Shown here in pieces: positions 1-12,489 of a stretch of 64,000 bases of DNA. How positions within the stretch are numbered: position 1 is the stretch's first letter; each line of letters starts with the position of its first letter. The stretch is taken from positions 1,426,001-1,490,000 of the forward strand of contig NW_026515671.1 of assembly GCF_025526975.1 (NCBI RefSeq). Direction: 5' to 3'. Below the pieces are notes generated by a model. The model had not been told where the DNA came from, made no database searches, and was given only the letters and a program-made list of their open reading frames with translations. The translations under genes were made by a program, and so were the position numbers. The stretch comes from Fimicolochytrium jonesii (Eukaryota).

Positions 1-2138
1 TCGTATGCTGCTGTAGCGGACGATGGGTGGCGATGGTGCGAGGATGTGCGTTGAGGTATTGGAGAAATGTAGAGAAAGACCGAAGGATACCGCCGCAGAA
101 GGATAAAAACACCTCCACCTCCTTTACTTGTGAGCTTTTTCCGAGAAGGGACTGGCCGAGAAATGCGGCGAGTGAGACTACTCTTTGTTGCAAACGTTTT
201 GTGCTGACCGCTGGACAATAGTGAGATGAAAGGAGGTGGGAGAAAGTGTTCACGCCCACTTCCCGGTGCTGTTGGTGGGGCGGATCCGCACTTGGTCCCT
301 TTTTCGGCCCCATAGCTAATGCCTATACAGGGAAATGCGATCCTCGCCACCCGGCAATGTCGCGTTGCGTGTGCGCTGACTGCGTCATCGATTTGCGACA
401 TCGCGGGCAGCGAGGAGGGCTTTTTTCTCCCCCGCGCAGTGATTAGACAAGATCTAATCAAGACCTCGTTATAGTAGTTAGTGTAAATTGTCGACATCGA
501 TAAATGATATACGCGCGGTAAAGGATCCACGTCCGAGGCTGAAGAAAAGCAAGGGTGGCGGACACATTTTATTTGCACCGCCCGGTGCAGATGGGACGCA
601 CGGCCATGACGCAGCTGTTGCGCCCCTTCAAGAGCTGTGCGTACCAAATCCACACCGTTTTGCCGGAACCGCCGGTACCGGGTCACCGGTCCAACTCTTG
701 AAATGGGAGTCAGTTCGGGATGCGATTTTAACAGGCCCCATATGATATGCAATCTTACCCCAGATCCAGCGTGCACATGTTCTCCAGATCCAGGCTTTCC
801 TCCAGGCTCTCCCACGTCCAGCTTCACGAGCTTTCCACTCCTATATCGCCAGACTCGGATTACTGCCCAAGGAAATACCCATTCAACCGGCATGGACGTT
901 TTGCGATAAAGTCCTACATTTGTGCGCTAGGCGGCCGGATGGGATGGCGCTCCTCGGAGCCGGTCTCTGCGTATTTTATGGATTTGATCATTTGGATATG
1001 GCCATCGGTTTTCTCGATGTAGCAAAGACATCGATTGGAAAGATGGACGTGCTGCGCAGATATCCAAGCTTCCACCCCCGCCCGACCACGTAAACACTGT
1101 ACTGTACTGTACCAACGGGCCCCTTTAGCCGCATCCCCCCACAACGACGAGATGTCAAAGTCGCAAGCACACGCATCCAAGACACGGGGATCACTGGGGT
1201 ATCAACGGCGACGACCAGGTGGGCCAGCATCAAATATCAGCAACAGCAGTCAGGGACCTCGTAGAACAGCCGTGTCTAGGCACTGGGTTTCGATTATCGC
1301 CATCAAACTCAGCCAGACCAGAACGGGGAGATGTGCCTTGCACGCAAAGACGCCGATTCATGCCCTGATACCTGCACTGAGCTGCTCGGTGGCCGGAATG
1401 ACGAATGTGCGCACGTGACGTTCGATTTTGAATTCCGCAAAGTGCGGCATTTTCGAGATGGGATGGCGAGAAGGTGACCGGGAGCCCGTGGGGGTGCTAG
1501 TGGACGGGCTGAGGCAGAAGACAGCCTTGATAATCTTTCCGGCCAAACATTTGGCGGCCGCCGCTGCACCTTCATCCATGGTCGAAGAGGCGAGACTACA
1601 GAGTGATGGACTGCTGCTATATACAACACCTGTCCCGAACTGAGCACGTTGAGAGTGCCTAAGGCCGTTCACATCTGTCCCCAGCGGACGGACACCCGCC
1701 TATTGGGATTTCGACTTTCGATTGTTTTATGAGGCGACAGGGGAGATAAAGACAAAACATGGTCTCACCTACGGCGTGACTTTAGCCCCCCACCCAGAAC
1801 CCACAGCACGCTATGTAAATGATCGCACCCCACAGGAGAGGAACAGCCTGTTTGGGTCGATGTTCCTGTTGCACAAGCGGGTGCGGCCTCTACGATCGAC
1901 GCCCGAACAAGTATGGTGTTTTCACATGCGGAACATGAACCGGAAAATCACGCACATCTCATACTCTGTACCGACGGTTTAGGGGGCCTTCATCAAATGA
2001 AACTTCAGGAACTTAGACGGATCTCCCAGACCTTTGGGAGTTCCCATAGGTCTCGTTATGAGAAATCCCGCTGCGCTGCTCCACCCGGAGACGGAGACGG
2101 TGGAGGCTGCCGGTCGCGCGATGGGAAACGGTGGCTGA

Positions 2139-2879
2139 TTTGGAGCGACGGACGAGTTCGCCCATGGCAGGGGCAGACCGCGTCCGGAACGTCTTACACG
2201 AAGACCCTTGGCTAAGATTGCTGGTGCCTGGGATATGGCCACATCTTCCCTAAAACGCTTGCTCCACCTCGCTGCCGAAAACTTAGACTGGGAAGAGCTA
2301 CCGGAATGCATCTGTCACCGTCTCTACGAACAAGTCAAGGCCGCCCACCGCTCCCGCCTCGCCCCCGTTCTAGCCAACATCCTCCCTGTCCCAAGCGACT
2401 GCCCGCCAACAGAAGAAGGACATGGTGGTAGCGACGAAGTCCGAATTGCACGCACGGCAAACTAAGCTGGAAATGCCATGCAAAAGACGCAAGGCACACA
2501 AGGCGACGAGGACGCGATCCCTTCGCCAGAACCGCAAGGCATTGGGCTCCAAATGGACAGCGCTATAGGAACCATCGGCGACGAGTGCTAATTTGCCAAC
2601 CCACAGGGCGGATATGAACATTCTGCGGTCTGACGCCGAGACACTTCACTATTCCTCACCAGAGTGGCATCCCTTGTGCTCGTGGCAACCCCTGGGGTTT
2701 CCCGGAGCCAGTTCAGGTGGAACTTTTCACTGGCAACCATGACGGTTCATCCCAATGTCTCAGGAAGTATTTATGATGGATTAGAGGGATACCTGCGCAG
2801 CGCATACTTGGCATGGCGCTGACCCCACCTGCGTGCTAGACCGCGCTGCGCCATGGGCGAACTCGTCCGTCGCTCCAAA
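2139..2879. repeat. Pair of perfect 30-bp inverted repeats (2139-2168 and 2850-2879) enclosing ~680 bp
   Basis: tttggagcgacggacgagttcgcccatggc at 2139-2168 is the exact reverse complement of gccatgggcgaactcgtccgtcgctccaaa at 2850-2879. No target-site duplication is visible. Confidence 0.85.
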
Positions 2880-3136
2880 CATTGCGACGTCAATGGTTTA
2901 CGACAATCATGTAACTATCCAGTCGATCAATTACTTCGCAAGAAGACTCGAGTTGATCTATCGTCAGCAACCAAATCTCGGTTACCCGTTCCGGTACGGG
3001 CCACCAATCACCGACTAGATTCGCCGGACAGGTTCAAGCGTGAGAATTCAAAGGGCTTAGATGTTCCGGAATATGCACCAGCATCGAGCACTGATGGACG
3101 ATGCAACGTATATGCATCACTTATGAGCAGTGGGCA

Positions 3137-3214
3137 TCAATCCTCAACATTTTGGCACAGTGTCAGCGTCGGCCTTCAATCCGCAAGATACTGGCTCAGT
3201 GTCAGCGTTGGCCT
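3137..3214 (+). repeat. Imperfect 39-bp tandem duplication
   Basis: tcaatcctcaacattttggcacagtgtcagcgtcggcct followed by tcaatccgcaagatactggctcagtgtcagcgttggcct. Confidence 0.7.
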
Positions 3215-4574
3215 CGGAAATGGGCCAGAGCCACGGGAGTGTCTGCGGCCGACGGGAAGACTTAGGCGTCTACATCACTATCTGCGGGTCCGTACCAGTC
3301 AAAACCGTGATGCGGCATGCGTCTATTGCAGGCGGTAACAGTTCTCATCGCCGAGAGACTGTTCCTCCGGCAACTGCCATGCTGCAAATGGGGGCTTCGA
3401 AATTGCGAACACACTACTCCAACGCATGCGACGACGTTTTTTGCAAAATCCTTTCCGAAGATGGGACCCTCCGGACGGCATTGTCTACAGCCATACTGCG
3501 ACTACTGCGACGACATATGGATACGTTCATTTCTGTGGATGAAGGCGGCGGAAAAGAGGCGGCTTTGTACCTCCTTATGTATCGCGGTCCAGGTGATCTT
3601 GGACCGTAATATCGAAGGAGGTGCCAACCTCCGCTTGCTTGTTGACCACTACTGGACTTATTCACGGCACCGACGGGACTTCAATCAGCACCCAGGGGAG
3701 CCAGATATCTAACCAAACGATCTTTAGTGATCTTCCATTTTGCGTATTCGAGTACCCTGTCATTGTGGGTTAGAAGTGCATTCGTCGTCTATATCTGATC
3801 TCAATAAATTACATTTCCGCTATGGCACTTCATCAGCGATACATAAAGCTGTCTTCCTGAGCTGTACGTTGGAGGATCCTGGGAAAACTCCTGCCAGTTA
3901 CTTCTGGCGCACTTTCGCATCGACATGAGGACTCAGGGCTCTTCAGCGCCGCCGCTAACTCCAATTCCCTTCCAAAATGCACAGCCTATCGACTGGAAGT
4001 GCCAAGTGTTCTCCCATCACATTGTATGGATGACCCATCCCCACCTGCATCGACCACCGTCGTGAAAAATTATGTTGTACGCAGCTATCGATTTGCGTCC
4101 TTTCAGTCATCGGGGTCCGAAGCCGCAGGGCTGTATCGAGATGAGGCATCCGTGTGCACCTCCTTGATGATCAAATCACGACCCTGGGCATTGACGCGCA
4201 ATCGGAGACTGGAGTGACTCCGGTCTCACCGCTCACCACCGATTTCCTGTACAACAACCTGCCGCTGGGATAATGAGAAGTTGACCGGAGCGCAGATGAA
4301 CGCGGCTGCTCCAGACTCAACGTTGCGCACGTTATGAGGGACCGGAGGGAAACTGTCTTGCTCTCTTCGCGGCACTAAGAAACACTTCGCAAAGCGTAGG
4401 ATGCGCATAGCAAACGGACCGTAGAATACGAGAGCAAGCATCAACGTTGTACCAAATTTACATTGTCCGCCAATCGAGAAGCATCTTTGGGTACGTAGAA
4501 ATACATTCAAATTACACATTAACACCATATCAACAGGGAATAGTCGCAAATATTACACACGATCAAAGCATTCC

Positions 4575-5215
4575 TCAGTTGGTAGGCTTGGCCTTGTTGT
4601 GTTTTTTCGTCACCGCCGCGGCCTCCTTGGTCTTCTTATGGTGGTCTTTGGTCGCTGTCGGGGTCGCCTTGGTCTTCTTGAGCTTCAAAGTCTTTGTCGT
4701 ACGCTTGATCGTCTTGTGGTCCTTGGTCTTGTGGGGCTTGGGTTTGTGCGTTCCCGCCGTGTGATGACTCTTATGCGTCGGTTTGGTGTGGTAGGTTGCC
4801 TTGGTTTTGTGGGACTTGATGTGCTTCTTAGTGTGCGTTACCGCAGGCGTAGCGGTGCGGTGACGATGGTGGGCTGTGGTGCTTGGTGTTGCAGTACCCG
4901 TTGGCGGGGAAAGATCGCAGAGAGGACCGTACTGAGCGTCCGTCTCGCACTCATCAGGGCATTTGTTCTACGGGAAGGATAAATACGAGAGAGTAAGTAA
5001 CCGAGTCTTCAACGTCATAACCGGAGTTCTTGAATGGGTATCAAATCGATGCATACCTGGAGAACCCATTTTCCATCGACCGTGCATTGCAAGAAGTCCG
5101 TCCCATCGCATCCGAATAGAATCGTGGCCGGATCGCAAGGGTCGCCGACAGTCTTTGCAGCAAGAGCAGCGGTCGGAGCCAATACCGCGACGGCGAAGAG
5201 ATTGCAGAGTTTCAT
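4575..5215 (-). CDS. Small secreted protein (~183 aa): signal peptide, 6-Cys module, Thr/Lys/His-rich tail; 2 exons (5215-5057, 4967-4575)
   Basis: Splicing a GTATGC...TAG intron (5056-4968) gives a continuous ORF: MKLCNLFAVAVLAPTAALAAKTVGDPCDPATILFGCDGTDFLQCTVDGKWVLQ|NKCPDECETDAQYGPLCDLSPPTGTATPSTTAHHRHR...TKKHIKSHKTK...KAKPTN*. Confidence 0.8.
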
Positions 5216-7114
5216 GTTTGGCAAAGATGTGCGATATCGAGCAGAGTTTGTTGTTCTTCCGTTTTTTGATCAATGCTAGATAGATGGTGGTCATGGGGAT
5301 CTTAAAAGTAGCCTGTCGGCTTCGGTCCCTCGCCATTTTATACCCAGGGGACATCCATTGCAATGTTGCCATTGCTTGGCGACGGATCGTGGCAATGCCA
5401 CATTCCTTCCACTTGGAAAAAAAAAAGTTCATGCAAACCCGTAGGCGAGGGGTTCGAGGGAGGTTTCTCTAAGCGAAGGGGACGCGTTCGAATAGCTGAC
5501 ATAACGCGCGCCAGTGCGCGTGAGAGGAGGTCTACCCGCACGGGAAACCCCTCCCCGTCGCAACATAAATTGCATCGGGACCACATTGAAGAGAAAGGGT
5601 CTTTCATGTTTGGCTTCCTCCTCTGTATGTGGATATCGGACGACTAAGCAATCGGAGGGAGAATAATATCGGGAAGAAGGACCTTGCCGGAGCGGTGCAA
5701 TACCGACCCGCCGACGTCATTCTCGAAAGCCACTTCATTATGATATCCGTAACTTGTTAGGGGCGGACAGACCATTGCAGAACATTCCAAAAAGAAGCTT
5801 CTCTCCTCTCCTAAGCTCGAGGAGCAAAGAGAACTCATATGAGTCGAATTCGATGTCACGTGACTTGACCTCTCGTCAGCAAACTCGCGTTGACACTCCG
5901 CTGCGGGGTATATAGAAGAAGCCGTTTCCCGTCTCGGAAACCCGCTCACTTTTCAGCAAAATGCACGGCCACATTCAAGTGATTGAAACCCACTGGAGGG
6001 CGTGTGCCATATTTTTTGAAACACGGCAGAGTTGTATTGGGCTTGCTCAATGCCTCGGCTATGGTGCCTCCGGTATTGCACTACCTCTGGATGGCGCCTG
6101 TTATTGAATAAAGGGAGACATAATGATGGTCGCTGGTCAATGGTGTTGAATATTGCAATGTGTGCCTTAAGAAGGAGATCGACACACACTCCGCTGCAGG
6201 CGGGCAGACTTTTCTGTGACGGGATCACGGATGGTTGGTGTAGACAGTGCTTCACGCTGCTTGTGCCCCCCAACCGTCGTGGCCGTCACGTTAGTCGTGA
6301 GGTACTACGAGTGCAGCGATCGCATGAACCGCCGCACCCATTATGCTACACTCTCAGCGTGCTGATACTGTGCGACGAAGTTCCGCATGTCCTGCCCAGT
6401 GGCGCCCTGTAAAACAACAGGCTGCCCGATATGTTGGCGACGTTGGGACGTGTCCGAGAAGGCAGGCAAAACCGCGGTGTAGCTGTCACCTATTTGTGCG
6501 TACCTGCGTGTCATCTCGATGCTCGATCTCCTGTGGTAAAGTCAGAGCGAGGGAAATTGACCGACTCCAGTCCATCCGAGGTATCTTTCTGGCTTCATAT
6601 TCGTTTGTCCAGCAGGCCGTCGAAACGGAAGATCCTTATGAGGTTTCCGGAGGGCAGGTGCTTTTTCCCAGGGCGGAATCCAACATGTTCTGAGACGCGA
6701 GACCGCGGAACAGCGCTAATGATTGGGCAGAGAGCTGTCGAGCAGTTTCGGCTCCCAAGGGGTATCTCATTGTTTTGTGGGATGCGTAACACTACGTACG
6801 GTGAGTGAACACAATTCCAGCTATTGCAATACTCCAAAAAAAGAAAAGTGCGATTCTGCGCGCGGGGCTGTCGATATTACGATGATATTACATCAACAGG
6901 CTAATCAAGGCGAATCACCAAGATCCTCGCAGGGTTCGCCTGAGCGCAGGTTAGCTCCATAACCAAGGAATAACGAGTGTCGGTACACTTCAATTTTTCG
7001 AGACACCACATGTGTTGAGGAAATACAGTGCGCCTTCATCCGACATCTATATACATTGGCAATACAGCCTGCCATACGCCGAGGCTCCGGGGATTTTGCA
7101 TACGGTGCCAAAAT

Positions 7115-8462
7115 TCACTTAGCTGCGTGCTGTGCTTTCTCCGAGCACAGACGCAAGCCCACCAGATCCCAGGCGATCTTCCGCCTGTATTGATCAACGT
7201 CGCTCTGAGAGAAATCCATCTCGCGTCCCATAGCGAACCTCTTCGCGAAGAGGCAGGTGAAAACCCCGCAACTGCCGCCATCTTGCTGCTGCGGACACGG
7301 TGGGGATGATGCAGTCCATAGCTTCGGGGACGGCCTGATATTGCCTACACTTTGCATCCCAGAGCGCTGTTTGTCCTTCTCCTCATCCAGCAGATATTGC
7401 CTGATGGTGGCCATGACCTTACTGCCGTAACGCGCGCTAGAGCCCATACTGTCATGAAAGGCAATGCGATGCTCCACCAAGTCAACCGTCACTAAGCACC
7501 TGTGTGACAAGTTCGTAAACACACAGACAACTTTCGTGCAACGCTTCTGTAGGATATCACCATGCTATAAAACTCACCAGTGATAATTCCCCTTGTTGAT
7601 CGGGATCACAGCTCTATCGAAGGAAAACACTCCATTGGCATGTTTCCGCGTCCAGCGCCGAACTGCCTTATATGAGTACACCCCCTCCTTGAATAACGCC
7701 GGATAGAAGAAGGTGTTGAAGAAACGTGTTCTTGGGTAGCGCGTCTGAAGCAGCGCAAAGAGTCCATTGATCGACTCATCGTTCAACCAAGATCCTGGGC
7801 GAAGTAACTCCTCGATTTGCGATATCGAAACTGGTATGTTGTCAATTTGCAGAATTGGTGCGTCATTGCCCTTTCCCACATTCCTTTCTTGTATTTTGAC
7901 GGCCCGCAAGAACCGTTGGAGCTCCATGTCCTTCTCGCGGCTAATAGCATCGCGCTTCAGCTTCTTCAAAAACGACGAGGGTATATGCTCTGCTTGGTAA
8001 CAAGGCCAGGTCGGCACCGCAGGAGTTTCGTCGTCGTCAGAAAGTGTAAGGTCGATGACTTCTGCCACAGGAGGGATTGGAGCCTGCGGTGGTGCTGGAT
8101 CTGGAAGAGGTCTTTAGGAACTTGGAGGAAGAAAGTCGCGGCTTTCCGGGTTCACCAGGTCCAACGGAAGCTTACCGCCGAGAGGCTCTATCCGCTCGCA
8201 GGCAAGACCTGCAGACTGCCTCTTCTTCTTTTTCCTGCGCTTTCTGCGCACGCGAGGATGTATCTTACAAACGAAATGGACAGGCTGTCAGCGACCCTGA
8301 TATAGAAAGTGAATAGCCTGGGAAAAAAACAGTAAAAGATACCATGTTCTCTTGAGCTGATGCTTCTGGTTGTCCTAGAGTCACGTTGGCAAGCGCTTCA
8401 AGCAGCTCGTCCACGTCGTCTGTCGGTTCCGGCTTCGTTGTATCGGTGCGCAGGACGAACAT
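7115..8462 (-). CDS. Ulp1/SENP-family SUMO protease (peptidase C48); 5' exons uncertain
   Basis: Motifs WLNDESIN, FFNTFF, VRRWT, IPIN...HW|CL (intron 7577-7500), HDSM and QQDGGSCGVF give an intact His-Asp-Cys triad plus the oxyanion Gln. Upstream spliced exons reach ~8250-8460 but their phase was not resolved. Confidence 0.85.
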
Positions 8463-8574
8463 ACTTCAACAACCGTCCTCCATGCTGCTTATCGCGGCGT
8501 CTGAGCAAACCTGTCTTCCCGGCGTCTTGTTTTCGAAAACTCGAAAAGGATGTGACAGCAAGGCAGACGCGTGA

Positions 8575-9317
8575 ATGAGGATTGAGGAGCCATACTCCCG
8601 ACCCACCCCACCTCCACCACCTCCCCACCGCACGATTGCAACAACCGCCGACCCCGAACCCATCCAAAAAAAACCCGGCGCCGACACCCTGCCCTCCACC
8701 AGCCTCCCGCTCACCTCGGCCCCCACCCTCACCCCCTCATCCTCCCAAAACAGCTCCGAAGAATGGCTCCTCCTCCGTATCGGCTCCCTCCCCGCGCAAC
8801 TCCCTAGGCTGGTTCAGATGCGGCGTGGGGTTCTACAACAAGGAGGATTTCACGAAAGCTATTGAATGTTTTGAGAAGAGCGTTGCTTTGGATCCCCTTA
8901 ATGTGGGTTCCGCGGAAGTGGTGGGGATGCAGGATGCATCTGCCCCTGTAACTAGATGTGCCCGGGCGGGTATCTGGATCGCAATATACTGATTGTTCCC
9001 ATCCCAACCCAGTACAACGCCTTCCAAATATTGGCCCGCGCATGTATAGCCGTAAATCGTAAAGTGTCGCCGTTGAATCTATCTTCGATCTCCAACCGAA
9101 ATTTTTCCTTACCCCCCTTTTTTTTGGAATTCTTTAGGCAAAGACGACGCAGTAGCAGCTCTTAAGCAGTCCGTGATGCTGGATAACCCTTCCGACTGGT
9201 ACGTCTCATACCAATTCTCATTGCTGTTTTTGTTGATGTGATAGTGGGCGGTGAACCGACTGATGCTGATGCTTTTGCAGGCAATTGTTGATTGAACTTA
9301 CGTCGAATAAGGAGTGA
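8575..9317 (+). CDS. Small TPR-repeat protein with Pro-rich N-terminus; apparent 1-nt frameshift (pseudogene or sequencing error)
   Basis: Spliced exons give NSLGWFRCGVGFYNKEDFTKAIECFEKSVALDPLN|YNAFQILARACIAVNR|KDDAVAALKQSVMLDNPSDW|QLLIELTSNKE*, which fits the TPR consensus. The only nearby ATG (8575) is out of frame with this segment. Confidence 0.7.
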
Positions 9318-10223
9318 TGGGTTGCGAAATGCTGCCTGTATTCCCCCATGTCTGTGTATGGGTGGGGCCGCCAACGTCTCGCATATTTACGCATATCCAA
9401 TCCCTTACCACCCGCTGCGTAAAAACCAACCTTCCGGGTAATCGTTCTGCCCATCATAACGATCCCGCCCATCTTGTACATATAACATATCCCAAAAAAA
9501 ATACCCGCGTCTCGAGGGGTGATAGGATAATGAGACAGTGACATGAAAACGAAATCAGGGAAAGACGACGGGAAATATGCTCCAGTGCTGTGGGACATGA
9601 ATGGGAACGCTGGAGTGGAAGGACAAGAAAACTTTGACACGTTCCATGTACTGTTTGAGTGGGTGGAATTGAGCGAGGTGCTGGTGATGCCCTTTGATGT
9701 GTTGGGAGTTTCACGGTCGAAGCCATCCGGGCGACCTATTAATGGGTAGAGAAGGGCGTCAAGGAGGGACCCAAAACGAAGATAGGGAACCCCTGAAAAC
9801 GGCGAGAGGCGAAAATAGTGTCAGTTGCTGTCAAACCATGAGTGCCCCTGAGACTGCCCTGAGAGGAACCCGTTTGGAATGCGTATGATAATCAAACCAC
9901 CAAAATGCAAAAGCAACAACCATCAACGCCTCTACATACATACACATCACGCCTTCAAAACAATCTACGCCAAGACCCATACGCCTTCATCCCCGCCTCT
10001 AAACCCTAACCACCAACCCCGCATCGTCCCGCAGGAGCTTTCCGGAGAGCTTTCCCAGGGTTTGCCTTCTCTTGGAGCATTTTCCCACGCTTGTTCAACC
10101 CGCGCCCAGAGGTCATCGCCATACAAACGGACGTCCACTTAGTCTCCGTTAGGGTCAACGTAGAGTGGATTTTCTCTCATTCACGCTGGTCTCCGGTTCC
10201 AGGACGCAATATAGCGAACAAAT

Positions 10224-12429
10224 ATGTCGGTGGACGAAGACCAAGGACAAATTCTCGAAGATGAGTTGCAGGCTATTCCCTTTGCAAAGTAAGTTCCGTA
10301 GCAGGGTTGTATGCCTCGCTTGTTTGACGCCGGGTGTTTTGAAGTGCCAGTGATGACCCACCTGCAACCGTAGAGTATCGGCTACAGTCATCAAACGGCG
10401 ACCGGAGGAGCAGGAACCTTGGCATGTACCTTCCCCTTTCGCCAATCGACTTCCGGGTGCATTCCGCAACCCGGGAGTATTCCATCCTTACTATCGGGAA
10501 TTTGCCGGGTCTCCAGGCGAGTTGCATTAACTGCCGTATGAACATCCCATCATTCATCCTGACGCGTTGAAGCAGGCCGTTCGTCAGTCGTAAACCACGT
10601 CCCTCATGATACCCGATCGATACACTCGGAAATAGTGTCTGTAGCGAGTCCGCCCGTGCCAGGACGATCAAGCGCGGCTCTGAACTCCAAATTCGATCGC
10701 ATGCAGGTAAGTGACCTGGGAGTCGATGTCAATACAAGACCTGCGCCGGCTCAAATGCTACCGTTCGAAGCAACAACTGGAAGATCTGGCGGACGAACTC
10801 GTCTCCCCAAGGCGACCCAAACCGAAATCTCGCAACGCGAGGGACGGAAAACCTACATCAACGCCGGTGAGCGATTTTGCTGATGAGCAAAGATTGAAGT
10901 ATCAACGGGGAACCAGCTTGGGGAAGAAGTTTACGACCCTTTTACAAAGCCGGAAAGATGGCGGAAGGGAAGCCGATGCTGCTGCCGAGCATAAACATCA
11001 GTTGAGAAAAGAAGACAATTTCTTTGGGCGTCAGAAAGCGAGCACGGTAGCGACCCAAAGCAGAGCGAGAGAGATTTCGGAGGAACCGATGAGATCGGGG
11101 TTCTCTGACACAGCTTCTATAAGAAGCGGCGCGGATTTCTTCGCCCCGAACCATGAACAGGTAGCAGTGGGTTCCCTCAATTCCCCTTTCAATCCATCTC
11201 AACGTCTTTTGCCGAAATAGGGATTTCAACTTTACGCACGTGGCACTCCAACATGGATGTCGCGCGTACAGGAAGTTGCATCTCCCACTTGGGATTCATG
11301 GCCAACGATTGAGGAGCAGGATCTCTTCTCTTGGCCGGACCGACCGTTTGCCTCCTTATCGCCGCAAGCTCCTCGTCGTCCGGAAACCCCAGCCTCGTCC
11401 CACCGTCTCCAACCGGGGGCTCAACCCTTCCCGGCGACAAACTTTTTCGCTCGTCAGCTCCAAGCTTTAGGGTCAGATCTGCATCTCCCATTCGCTCCTA
11501 CACCAAATCAACTACCGGTGGATCCTCGCTTGACCTTCAACAACCACGCTGTACAAGACGACTATGCTGCACACGACGACCAATATGCGGAAAACTACTT
11601 AGGGACGTCACATATTGTGCCCGACTCCACTTCACCCATTGCAGAGGATGCTAACGACGACGACTTGACCGAGGTTGATCAATCTGACGGGCAAGCTAAA
11701 TACGTACCCGCGACTATCACAAATGGCGACTTGGCCGCCATGATGCGATCCAAACAGTTGACCACAAGACAGTGCAAAAGAGACGATGAGCTCAGTCTGC
11801 GTACGCAATTCGATGTATATTGTTTAATGTTGTAGATCGCCGACTGACGTTCTATATTCTGCATCCCAGCCATGCAGAGCAACACCATGCTTAGCGTCAC
11901 CGAGCATCGCCGTCCCTTCAACGATGTTATGCAGGCGCCGAACGAGGAAGAGATGAGTGTCGCATTGCCGCGAGGCGCTCCACTCCCACATGCCGCTTCT
12001 CCGGATTCGTTTGACATGGACAGTGACCTTCCTCTCGATGAGCTCAATCACCTCGACCAGATAATCAGTGCGGCAGCACTTCCCGAGGACGCCCAAAGCC
12101 TACCCGTTGACAGAGCCTTTTCGCAAACCACAATTGATCCCTACGACATTGAGAATGACTCGTTACTCGTTTTTGAAGAAGACCTACTTCACAGCAGCTT
12201 CAGCCACAACGGAATTCTCTTCACCGACGTTGCTGAGACCGCTTCTCCACCAAGCTTGGTCGCCAAGGTTGGACCGTCAGAGGCGAATCGGCAGCAAACC
12301 TCAAACCTCACTCCGGAGAACACCCCTTTGGCCAAGCAGAAACGGGCATGGCACACTACCATGGAGGCTTTGAGTCCGTATCCGACCACCGTTGAACGGC
12401 ACAAGGGTTCGAACCGTTTCGGGGAATGA
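10224..12429 (+). CDS. Hypothetical, largely low-complexity/disordered protein, multi-exon
   Basis: ORFs at 10711, 11257 and 11872 share one frame and are joined by GT-AG introns 11161-11220 and 11801-11869. Candidate first exon MSVDEDQGQILEDELQAIPFAK|gtaagt. No recognisable domain. Confidence 0.6.
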
Positions 12430-12489
12430 GATGTACCCTTCGCCGCCTTTCGAACCGTTTCGGGGAATGAGATGTACCCTTCGCCGCCT
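12408..12489 (+). repeat. Exact 41-bp tandem duplication spanning a stop codon
   Basis: ttcgaaccgtttcggggaatgagatgtacccttcgccgcct at both 12408-12448 and 12449-12489. Confidence 0.95.

Noticed and set aside
440..480. Hairpin tgattaga-caaga-tctaatca followed by ...tagtagt, considered as a Helitron 3' end
   Set aside because: The stem is short and AT-rich, the terminus is not CTRR, and no 5' end or Rep-helicase sequence was found.
6340..6530. Minus-strand peptide AQIGDSYTAVLP, resembling the start of an ELM2 domain
   Set aside because: Only a ~12-aa resemblance followed by an early stop, with no SANT domain or coherent gene model.
7115..8462. Ulp1 gene as cargo of an autonomous transposon
   Set aside because: No transposase, TIRs or TSD were found around it; kept only as a hypothesis in the findings.
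9218..9749. Overlapping ORFs on both strands downstream of the TPR gene
   Set aside because: No recognisable motif, and no start or splice structure could be completed.
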